This document shows positions 53,419-64,000 of a stretch of DNA of 64,000 bases, one piece after another. The notes under the pieces are model-generated. The model worked only from the letters and a program-made list of their open reading frames with translations, was not told the DNA's origin and made no database searches. The stretch spans positions 43,834,001 through 43,898,000 of the forward strand of contig NC_135812.1 in assembly GCF_964213995.1 (NCBI RefSeq). The letters are read 5' to 3'. Made by a program: the position numbers and the translations under genes. The DNA is from Mustelus asterias (Eukaryota). The number at the start of each line of letters is the position of its first letter. The stretch's first letter is position 1.

Positions 53419-54267
53419 CTGTTTAAAAAAAAAAGCAAACAACCTTATAGAATTGTGCAAAATATAGCATAAAGACAATTACAAAGCCACATTTTTCCAT
53501 CCATTCGCATTCAATGGGAAAAACAAAAAGCTTTTACTGCATACTGAATATCTTTTTTTAAAGACAGGAGAGAGATGAAGGCATTTCTGAACATTTAGCA
53601 CTACCTGGTCTCTTTGCATCACATACATGATGCAATGGACTACCATACTTCAGTTACTCATAATTCTGCGAATGACATAAACTGCAGAACTTGGTGATGT
53701 TTTTTAACCAAATAACAAAAACAGAATGCTTTTACAGAGCCGAACCACCCTTTTACGTACTACAGCTTTGCTTGGTCCACACAGACCTAATGACTTGTTA
53801 TGCAAAGCTGCTAAAGCTCACCCGACTGGTTACTCTTGTAGAATACAGTAAAACTGTGCCATCAGCATTTATAAATGAAACGGGTTTTGAGGATTGGGAA
53901 TGAACATATTAACAGTTATTCAGTGGATTAGCATGGCAGGTAAGACAAGTTGAGTGAACCCACCATCAGCCTCTAAACACAAGAGGCTCAGCACTTTTCA
54001 GAGAATGATCCAAATTAATTGATTAGCTGGCCAAATTGGGGTCTCAATGTATAGTACCTACTTGCTGCTTGTTTGCAATTAAGATTCTCATGAGGCAAAC
54101 GGTGAATGTGAAGTGTGCAGCTGTGATTTGGTGCTAAATAAAGACTATGTACTGGAGATGCAGCAAAGCGGGAAACAAGAATAATGGGAAGTGCCAAAGA
54201 AAGAGGCACTCGTGCCCACCAGTTTAAATGCAACATTGAAAGTCAGACTACTGATTTGCTCTCTTAC

Positions 54268-54282
54268 CCTTGGTGCAATGTA
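54268..54282 (-). CDS. KDM2B/FBXL19: Candidate 15-nt frame-preserving microexon (YIAPR)
   Basis: ccttttttcttcttccctccccag|TACATTGCACCAAGG|gtaaga; strong pyrimidine tract and donor; no transcript evidence. Confidence 0.6.
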
Positions 54283-56756
54283 CTGGGGAGGGAAGAAGAA
54301 AAAAGGTGGCACAGAAATATATTTTGAAAAGATATACTTAAAAATAAAAATAAATAAGATTATCAGATATTACATATACCGAACACAGTATTGGACATTG
54401 TGCCAATTCGCCAGCAAACCCAGATGTGCATTGCACACTCTCATTTCCTCAGTCAAAGGCTTGCCAACTGTGGCTGGGTGCATTCCTGAAAATTTCTTCA
54501 TATGTTCTCCTGCTGTGAAAGATCTCACTCCCACACACCCAACATTAGTCCATTCTACAGGCATATTACCATCCCATATCAATTGGAAACAGAGACATAT
54601 TATTTTGTCACCCAAAGAGATTCATGTTGACTGCCAGTGAAACAGCCTTTTGACCACCCCCATACTTTTGTAACTAAAGTGTTTAAAGAAAATGAAATAG
54701 ATGGTGGTTCAATGCTCCTATGATGTTCCTTTCAGCAGTATCCTGAGAGGCACAAGGACAATTCTGGAGGGTTGACAATCCCCTCAGTCCAGATATTCAG
54801 CTGAATTTCAATAGCACACTTAAGGCAAATCACATCCGCTCCATTAGAGAGATTTCATTAAAGTTGATATTACCAATAGTCATCATGTGTTACATATCTC
54901 CAAATTGTTGCAAAATTACTATTACAGCAATACAAATACATTTGTATTGATGTAATAGTTGACCATTAAAAAGAAATCACTTGAACAACGCTATGCCATT
55001 ATGTCCATCGATCACAGATATCACACATACCCAATGCAGTTTTGGTTGTAGTCAGTATTGGTTGCATTCAAGAGGGCAAATATACATTTTGATAGGAACA
55101 AGATTTCCTGTCAAATTTTCACTGGTTAAATACTGAATTCAAACAAAGTTGAGAAATAGTTACCATTGTAAATGATTATTTCCCTTTTTTTAAACTTTTC
55201 TTTTTAAAGTTTAAAAGTAAAGTTTATTTATTAGTCTTTTTATTCTCCCTCAAATCAAATCTTTTGGCACCTCTCGTCTATTTCTCTTTCTGTACCAGAT
55301 TTAACCCCGATTCACTCATCCTCATTTTCCAACAGTATTTTTGGTACTGCATAACGAACAATAGCAATGATAATTGGTGTGAGAAATGAATGCACAATAG
55401 GTTTTGTCCCCAACATTCATTTTCAGACTGACTGAACTGGTTTAGGTTGCGATGATTAGAAAATAAAATACAAAGATGTGTTTTGTCCAACTTCATTGAA
55501 ACAACCTAGAATGGAATTATTTTGTACCACTCAAGAGCAAAAAAACTGTTTGCTTTTATAAAAAAGGTGAAAGGTAGCAAACTTTACATCATTTCAATGA
55601 CAAAGGATGTTGTCCCTGAATTTGCTGCCAAATGGCTCCTTGTTATTTATATGTAAATTGTCCAACAACTTGCCAATCACAAATTGCTGGATGATTTGCA
55701 TTGCTGCTACACTGTTAACCTCAAAGCTTACCCTCAACTAACTGGCGAGTTTCATGAGGTTGCTGCATTTGCCCATGAATTGTCTAGTTATGGCTAGTAA
55801 TTAATAGGTAAGCACCTTTGTCATGGAGGTTTATATTCTCTGATGCGATCCAACCTCAGTCCAGAATGAGAAAAATTGCATCTGCGGAGTCTCATTCCTA
55901 CAGGTAATAAGTAAATGATTAAACATTTGTAAAAATGTCTATACCTTTATTTTGACTGTTTTTTTTTTAAACTCTTCCTCAATCAAATCTTTTGGTCCCT
56001 CTCTTCTATTTCTGTACCAGAATTAACCACGATTCACCCATCTTCATTTTCCATCAGGCTGTTTATTTCTCAATTCATTAATCACATTGCTTAAGTAGAT
56101 GCACCGTTGATCCCAATTATCATTGTTTCAGATGCCCTGTTGCCCTCACCATGCCATTATCAGGTCATACTGCTAGCAACCTGCCAGCTAAAAATATTTC
56201 AAATTGAAGAGTGAGCGAAAGGTTTAACTGGCACCAAGTGATGCCCTGCTCCAGAAAAATCTGGACCACTGTAACTCTCACATACAGTGTCAAAGATTCG
56301 CAATATACAGAATAGAATGGTTGCACAGCTGATGTGGGCTAAGAACTTAACATCTCTAGTTACAGCATTGTCAAGAGAGAAAGCTGAAAAGGATGAGATT
56401 AGTAATAAAATATATAACGGACTGAGGAGGATACTATAAAAGGCAGCAGGCTTAACTGAGAAGTAATGAAGCCTTTCTGATCATAGTGGGTGTTCATTCA
56501 AGTCTCAGCAATAGCTCATTTGGTAACAAATTTTCTTCTGGCTCAAGATCACGGGTTCAGGTCTCACTCCAGGGCCAGGATTTCCCCACAATGGGAGATT
56601 CAGCAACCCAGCCAAAAGTCTGTTGACTTTTGGTGGAAACAGACGGCCCTGGCAGTGGGTGGAGCAATAATATCCCACTCAAGAGTTTACACACAAAAGT
56701 CAAGGCTGATTGAAAGATACCACGCCTGGCAGTACCAGTTAAGATGTTAAACCAAA

Positions 56757-57137
56757 ACCACGGGGATGATTCTGGCCAGGAAACATATGCCGAGACCATG
56801 TAGCGGGCTCCTCGCTGGGTTCTACGGCCTCTGCACGTCTCTGGCCGCTGGATTTCCGGCGTCGTCAGCTCCATGCCAGAAATTGGCGCGGAGCTGATTA
56901 AAATATTTAAATACCGGTTTTCAATTTTATTAGCGGGCCTGAGACTGGCCCCGACAAATCTGGGAGGCGTGTTGCTGTGCTGGCCAGCAATCGGGAGGCC
57001 TATCCTCTCAGTCGAGAATCGACCCCACTCCCAGATTTTTAACGAGATTCATGTTAGGACGGTCTGTGATGCACAGAGTGTGGGAGATCCATTACGCGAA
57101 TTCGGCACTTAGAATATTTTAGGGAGAATTGCACCCC
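56757..57137. mobile_element. Harbinger-like MITE within a DeuSINE; related short MITEs at ~56570-56680, 58770-58905, 62451-62585
   Basis: Imperfect TIRs, e.g. gggctggaatgctctggc / gccagagaatcccgccc. Confidence 0.5.
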
Positions 57138-57187
57138 ATGTCTGTCCTTCAGGTAGGACATACAGGATCCATGGCACTATTATGAGG

Positions 57188-58302
57188 TGGAGATGCCGGC
57201 GTTGGACTGGGGTAAACACAGTAAGAAGTTTAACAACACCAGGTTAAAGTCCAACAGGTTTATTTGGTAGCAAAAGCCACACAAGCTTTCGGAGCTCTTA
57301 GCCCCTTCTTCAGGTGAGTGGGAATTCTGTTCACAAACAGAGCTTATAAAGACACAGACTCAATTTACATGAATAATGGTTGGAATGCAAATACTTACAA
57401 CTAATCAAGTCTTTAAGAAACGAAACAATGTGAGTGGAGAGAGCATCAAGACAGGCTAAAAAGATGTGTATCGTCTCCAGACAAGACAGCCAGTGAAACT
57501 CTGCAGGTCCACGCAACTGTGGGAGTTACAAATAGTGTGACATGAACCCAATATCCCGGTTGAGGCCGTCCTCGTGTGTGCGGAACTTGGCTATCAGTTT
57601 CTGCTCAGCGACTCTGCGCTGTCGTGTGTCGCGAAGGCCGCCTTGGAGAACGCTTACCCGAATATCAGAGGCCGAATGCCCGTGACCGCTGAAGTGCTCC
57701 CCAACAGGAAGAGAACAGTCTTGCCTGGTTATTGTCGAGCGGTGTTCATTCATCCGTTGACGCTGCGACAACGGATGAATGAACACCGCTCGACAATCAC
57801 CAGGCAAGACTGTTCTCTTCCTGTTGGGGAGCACTTCAGCGGTCACGGGCATGCGGCCTCTGATATTCGGGTAAGCGTTCTCCAAGGCGGCCTTCGCGAC
57901 ACACGACAGCGCAGAGTCGCTGAGCAGAAACTGATAGCCAAGTTCCGCACACACGAGGACGGCCTCAACCGGGATATTGGGTTCATGTCACACTATTTGT
58001 AACTCCCACAGTTGCGTGGACCTGCAGAGTTTCACTGGCTGTCTTGTCTGGAGACAATACACATCTTTTTAGCCTGTCTTGATGCTCTCTCCACTCACAT
58101 TGTTTCGTCTCTTAAAGACTTGATTAGTTGTAAGTATTTGCATTCCAACCATTATTCATGTAAATTGAGTCTGTGTCTTTATAAGCTCTGTTTGTGAACA
58201 GAATTCCCACTCACCTGAAGGGGCTTAGAGCTCCGAAAGCTTGTGTGGCTTTTGCTACCAAATAAACCTGTTGGACTTTAACCTGGTGTTGTTAAACTTC
58301 TT
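57188..58302. mobile_element. Penelope-like element (family A) fold-back insertion, GIY-YIG endonuclease C-terminus in both arms
   Basis: Arms 57220-57759 and 57769-58305, 9-nt loop; LRQRMNEHRS...PVGEHF...RRVAEQKLIAKFRTHEDGLNRD on both strands; 12-bp direct repeat ACTATTATGAGG at 57176-57187 and 58303-58314. Confidence 0.92.
57280..57316 (-). ncRNA. Minimal hammerhead motif, intact core
   Basis: CAC-CTGAAGA-A-GGGGCT-AAG-AGCTCC-GAAA-GC-TT-GTG; the mirror copy near 58212-58245 has a 3-nt core deletion. Confidence 0.7.
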
Positions 58303-60559
58303 ACTATTATGAGGAGCAAGGGGATTATTCCCAGTGTTCTGTTCAATAGTTGTGTCTCAATTAACAATCACAAAAAAAGATTAGCTGGTCACTAGCATAT
58401 TGCTGTTCTTGGGATCTTGCTGTGCACATGTTGGCTGCCATGTTTCCTATATTATCTGTTATCACAGTTGTAATAAAGTACTTCATTGGCTGTAAAGTGC
58501 TTTGGGACATCTCTTGTCGTCAGTGCTATATAAATACACCTTTTGGATTTTTTATTATAGACCGCCAAATAAGACAGAAATTGAACAAGAGACTATCGAC
58601 AGTTCAAAAGAGATTTGTGGAAGTAATAACACAATATGTTATTACTACCCCAAATTACCTTTTAAATGGGGAATTTAAAAAATGGTTATTTAAAATGGGG
58701 AAAGGTCCTTGGAATAGACACAGAACTGTTTCCAAGTACTTTATAAATCCAAAAGGAAAAATATGGACCTGGGCTGGAATGCTCTGGCCATTTACATCCT
58801 GCTGCTGCTGCAGAGACGACAGAATTTGGCGCCCAGTCAAATCTCCATTCACTGCAGTGGGACAGGAGAATCCTGCTGATATGAACAGCCAGAGAATCCC
58901 GCCCCTGGTTTTGGATAATGAACCTGGACAAATTAGAAACTAGGTGGTGGGAAAATATCTTGATTGAAAAATAATTTGCATTTATATAACACCTTTTTCA
59001 TGACCACCAAGCATTTCAATATGCTTTACAGCTAATGAAGTATTTTCGAAGTGTAGTTATTGTTGCAATGTAGGTAACACCAGCAAATTCCCATACATGT
59101 GATAATGGTCAGATAATCTGATGAGGAGTTTGGGATAAATATTGACCAGGATACCAGGGATAATGCCCCTGTTCTTCATAAGGGGCATTATGGGCCTCTC
59201 ATCTCATCTGATCTGAAGGATGGCGGAATGCAACGCTCCCTCTATACTGCACTAATGTGCCTTAATCTTTGTGCTCAAGCCCTGGAGGTGTACTCGAACA
59301 CACAACTTTGACTCAGAAGTCAGAAAGCCGTGGCTGACATACACAAGTGATCACAAATACATATACAATAAGAAAAGCAGAATTAAAAATCAAAAAGTTG
59401 CCAAAGAGCAGATTTGAAACGTTGAAAGGGATCCCTGCTAAAATTAACTGATGAAACAATTGACAAATAAAGGGAGGAATTTTGGCAAAAAAAATTCGAA
59501 GCATCATAAAAGTGGGAAAAAGTGTTCCACGCTGGTCTCATGGGTGAGCTTGGCACCGCAATCTTCTGGCACACAGTTTTTTTAACAGCTGAGAGCTTTG
59601 TGGTGGGTGGGTGGGGGGAGAAAGGAGGAAAGAGAGAGAAAAAGAAAGAGTGGCAGAGCCTAAATACGCTGGGGAAGCTGGCTGCAGGGTGCTCGGGCGC
59701 CACTGCTCGGTTGCCCCGGTCTCCTTCTGAAACAGGAGACTTCCTCCCACTCCACCTCATCCCACAGACTTCAGTTTCCACCCCCACATCATTGGAGGCT
59801 TTGTCATTGCCTCTCCCCTCCCCATCACCAACACAGGTTGCTGGCAGCAGGGCATCAGGACCCTCCTGATGAGTCCATTGGCAGAACCCATTGCACGATC
59901 CTCCCTTCTGACCACTTCCCACACACAAGCTGCCCCGTCATTGGGCATACCCCACTCGTCATAGCCCCACCCGCACACAGGCCACATCACCTTGGCAGTG
60001 CCCTGACACACTTATGGTGCCAACTGGGCTCTCCCAGGGTGTCAACTGTGCATTGCCTGGCTATGCTCTCAGCCAGCTGGGGGCTTCAATGCCCTCCAAT
60101 CCCACCAGCGTGGCCATGGCACCTGGTTTCTGCTACATATTAGTAATTCTGCCAGTGTGACATCATGCCAGCGATTGGAAGAATTGCGAGGGTGAAGCAG
60201 CCGTGCCAGGTAAGTATTTTAAAATTGTTAATGGGCTTTGTATCCTTTGTGGGTGCGAAGCCATTCTCGCCGGCAAAACAAGGCTGGGAGGATAGCAAAT
60301 GGACTCATGTTTTTCTCCCTCGCATGCTATCTTCCTGGCTTGCATTGCTGATCGACTGGCATGGCAAGCCAGCAAGATCACGACTAAAATGTTTGACCAC
60401 CAGTGAGAACAATTTGTAATTGTGATGGGCAAGATCAAATTAAAAGCATTTCAGAATAAGAGTAAAGGGATTGAAGGAAAGGTCAGATTGCCATGGATTT
60501 GAATTTAGGAGGCAAAAGGAGGCATGTGAAAAATTAGTATCAATGAAGTGACAGAATTG

Positions 60560-61510
60560 ACTGCAGAGGCCATTCAGCCCATCATGTCTTTACCAGCTTC
60601 TTTTTTGGATTTCTAAATTGTACCCGCCTCCATCTCACTCTCAGTGCATTCCAGATCTTAATCAGTTAATGCACGAGTGTGTTTGTCCCATATCGTTTTT
60701 GCCAATTTAAATCTGTGCTCTCCCAGACTCATGGTTTTGAATAACCTCTATCAAATCTCGTCTCAGCCTTCTTTCCTCCAAGGAGCACAGTCCTAACTTC
60801 TCCAATCCATTTTCATAAGTGAAGTTCCTCATCTCTGGAACCATTCACATGGATTTTTTTCTGCACTGGACACTAGGAGGATGTGAAGACACTCTCTCCA
60901 AAGTGCAGTGGTTAGAACTGGACACAATAAACTGAGGCCAAAAGACTGTCTGATACAAGTTCTATGTAACCTCCTTGCTCTTGCACTCAATGCCTCTACT
61001 AAAGCAGCTTAGGATTTCTATGCTTTATTAACCACGCTCTCAACCTGTCCTACCATCTTCAATGATTTATGTACATATACATCAAGGTCCCTCTGCTCCT
61101 GCACACCTTTAGACTTATACCTTTCCATGTTCTTACTCCCAAAATGAATCACTTCATGTTTTTCTGCATTGAATGCCATCTGCAACCCGTCCATCCATTC
61201 TACCAACTTGTCTATGCCCTTTTGAAGTTTTACACTATCCTTCTCATAGGTCACAATCCTTTCAATTTTTGTATCATCCACAAATGTGGAAATTGTGCCC
61301 AGTACACCAGAGTCTATGCCTTTAACATATATATCAGGAAAAACAAGGGTCCCAACACATGGCCTGTGGGGGACTCCACTATAAACCTTCCTCCAGACAA
61401 CATCCACTAACCACTATTCTGTTTCTAGTCACTCAGTTAATTTTGTATCCATGTTGCTTTTATTCTATGAGCTATAAAATATTGCTCACCAGTTTGTTGT
61501 GGCACTGCAG
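60560..61510 (-). mobile_element. Old CR1 RT fragment
   Basis: ISTFVDDTKI...AFNAEKHEVIHFG...QRDLDVYVHKSLK. Confidence 0.8.
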
Positions 61511-61659
61511 CACTATAGCAATGCAGAAAGTACTCAGGTGTACCAGCAGCAGTGGAGAAAAGTATTTTTTTTAAAAGTACAGGGGTGAACAAAGTAGCGA
61601 ACAAAAAAACAACAGGTTGATTTTCTAAGCCGAGTTACATTTCTGGTTCCTTTCCTCCT

Positions 61660-62200
61660 GCCTTATTATTTGCGGAAGGATATATTGGCCTTGGAGGGAG
61701 TAGAGAAGGTTCACCAGGTTGATACCGGAGATGAGGGAGTTAGCTTATGAGGAGAGATTGAGTAGATTGGACCTGTACTCGTTGGAGCTTAGAAGGCTGA
61801 GGGGAGATCTTATAGAGACATATAAGATAATGAAGGGGCTAAACAGGGTAGAGGCAGAGAGATTCTTTCCACTTAGAAAGGAAACAAGAACTAGAGGATA
61901 GCCTCAAAATAAGGGGGAGTCGGTTTAGAACAGAGTTGAGGAGGAACTTTTTCTCTCAGAGGGTAGTGAATCTCTGGAATTCTCTGCCCATTGAAGCAGT
62001 GGAGGCTACCTCGTTAAATATGTTTAGGTCACAGGTAGATAGATTTCTGATCAATAAGGGAATTAAGGGTTATGGGGAGCGGGCGGGTAAGTGGAACTAA
62101 ACCACTATCAGATCATCCATGATCTTATTGAATGGCAGGGCAGCCTCGAGGGGCTAGATGGCCTACTCCTGCTCCTATTTCTTATGTTCTTATGTTCTTA
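61660..62200 (+). mobile_element. CR1 3' end
   Basis: YEERLSRLDLYSLELRRLRGDLIETYKI; (ttcttatg)n tail. Confidence 0.88.
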
Positions 62201-62909
62201 TTCCAGATATTCCAGTATCCATTATGCTCAGAAAAATGAATCTCAATTCCTGAGAGAACATCTTCATTGGCACAAAAATCTAACATCCACAAGATAATAA
62301 GACGACTTTATTTTTGCTATCCTTCGCTTTTTTGTGAATTTCCATCATATTTTTGAGAAGCAAGATACATGGAACACCAGACCTTCTTTTAGGCTTTAAT
62401 TGCTGTTTATATTTATCTATAATAAAAATATTACAGTAAAACATACAATGGCCAAAATCTTCTGGCCTCATTTGCGGCTGGGATTTTCCGGTGCCGTTGA
62501 AAGTGAATAGAGGTTGGTCGGAACAGCAAATTTTCCATTCTCGCCTGCAACGGGTCCCACTGTGGACGAGACAGGAGAATCCCATCCAATATTTCTTTTA
62601 ATTGATGTTTATTAGTTTCTTTAATAATTTGCATGTTAAGCATTGCATGTTAAGCATTGCATGGTTATTTTCTTGCATTTTTATCAACTGCAGGAACTTA
62701 CTAGCCTAACATGCTAACTTTGGTTCAGTAGTAACACTGAATCAGAAGGTTGTAAATTCATTTCCTTTCCATAGACTTGAGCACATAACCTTGGCTACCA
62801 CATCAACGCAGTACTGAGATATTGCAGTCAATGATCTAGTTGATTAAACTGAGGCCCAATCTGCCTGCTTGGGCAGATGTAAAAGATCCCATGGCAGCAT
62901 TTCTAAGAT

Positions 62910-63670
62910 AACATAGAAAATAGAACATAGAACATTACAGCGCAGAACAGGCCCTTCGGCCCACGATGTTGCACCGACCAGTTAAAAAAAAACAAAAAAA
63001 AAAAAACTGTGACCCTCCAACCTAAACCAATTTCTTTTCGTCCATGAACCTATCTACGGATCTCTTAAACGCCCCCAAACTAGGCGCATTTACAACTGAT
63101 GCTGGCAGGGCATTCCAATCCCTCACCACCCTCTGGGTAAAGAACCTACCCCTGACATCGGTTCTATAACTACCCCTCCTCAATTTAAAGCCATGCCCCC
63201 TCGTGCTGGATTTCTCCATCAGAGGAAAAAGGCTATCACTATCCACCCTATCTAAACCTCTAATCATCTTATATGTTTCAATAAGATCCCCTCTTAGCCG
63301 CCGCCTTTCCAGCGAAAACAATCCCAAATCCCTCAGCCTCTCCTCATAGGATCTCCCCTCCATACCAGGCAACATCCTGGTAAACCTCCTCTGCACCCTC
63401 TCCAAAGCCTCCACATCCTTCCTGTAATGTGGGGACCAGAACTGCACACAGTACTCCAAGTGCGGCCGCACCAGAGTTGTGTACAGTTGCAACATAACGC
63501 TACGACTCCTAAATTCAATCCCCCTACCAATAAACGCCAAGACACCATATGCCTTCTTAACAACCTTATCTACTTGATTCCCAACTTTCAGGGATCTATG
63601 CACACATACACCTAGATCCCTCTGCTCCTCCACACTATTCAAAGTCCTCCCGTTAGCCCTATACTCAACA
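62910..63670 (-). mobile_element. Young 5'-truncated CR1 3' end
   Basis: Open frame EQRDLGVCVHRSLK...LVRPHLEYCVQFWSP...WNALP; (ttctatg)n tail. Confidence 0.92.
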
Positions 63671-63836
63671 CATACCATCCACCCTCACTGCTTTCCATCT
63701 CCCTCCCAGTGTTGGACAAACATCTCCCACCTTTAGCTTTGACAAAGGGTCACCCCGACCCGAAACATCAGCTCCCCCCCCTCCCCACAGACGCTGCCAG
63801 ACCCGCCGAGACCCTCCAGCACCTTTTCTTTTGGTT
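63671..63836 (+). mobile_element. PLE family B fragment with T>C hypermutation, abutting a CR1 5' truncation
   Basis: 63751-63840 aligns ungapped to 3663-3752. Confidence 0.8.
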
Positions 63837-64000
63837 ACAGCTAAGCAGAACTTCCCATCTTATCAACTGGAGTTCTACATAAAATGCCATACTATCTGCA
63901 AGACATGGCCTAGGAAAAATGTTGAATGCATAGCAAGAGCTTTCCTGCCAGCTTAGTAGGTAAGTGCACCATACTGTGTGGTCTTAAGTCATAGAAACCA

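Noticed and set aside
57526-58002. Two overlapping near-identical 142-aa ORFs on opposite strands as real genes
   Set aside because: They are a consequence of the PLE palindrome; only the C-terminal half is GIY-YIG and there is no RT.
59383-59928. 181-aa minus ORF as an upstream KDM2 exon
   Set aside because: No recognisable JmjC or KDM2 motif; overlaps a GC-rich transposon-like remnant.
1-64000. CRISPR arrays, operons or other prokaryotic systems
   Set aside because: No regularly spaced repeats; the sequence is intron-rich vertebrate DNA and most short ORFs are repeat-derived or spurious.

Overview
Vertebrate (elasmobranch/shark-type) genomic DNA, judged from HE1/V-SINE, DeuSINE and CR1 repeat content. 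The window is almost entirely intronic to one minus-strand gene of the KDM2B/FBXL19 subfamily. Six in-phase GT-AG coding exons are resolved (CXXC zinc finger 53194-53418, PHD 47489-47632 and 43041-43127, linker 40769-40984, 39-nt exon 24672-24710, Ser/acidic plus F-box 12412-13142), plus a candidate 15-nt microexon at 54268-54282. The gene continues beyond both ends. Introns are dense with CR1, Rex1 and RTEX-like LINEs, SINEs, Harbinger remnants and nested solo LTRs. The most notable signal is a set of Penelope-like element (PLE) fold-back insertions from three families, each carrying a minimal hammerhead ribozyme motif. These include a 1.1-kb near-perfect palindrome encoding a GIY-YIG C-terminus, an inverted duplication of host DNA that starts with the PLE terminus, a 16-nt abortive insertion, and a copy with an ADAR-like A-to-G hypermutation signature. 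Repeat boundaries are approximate unless a TSD is given. Comparisons with human/fish proteins are from memory, not from a search.
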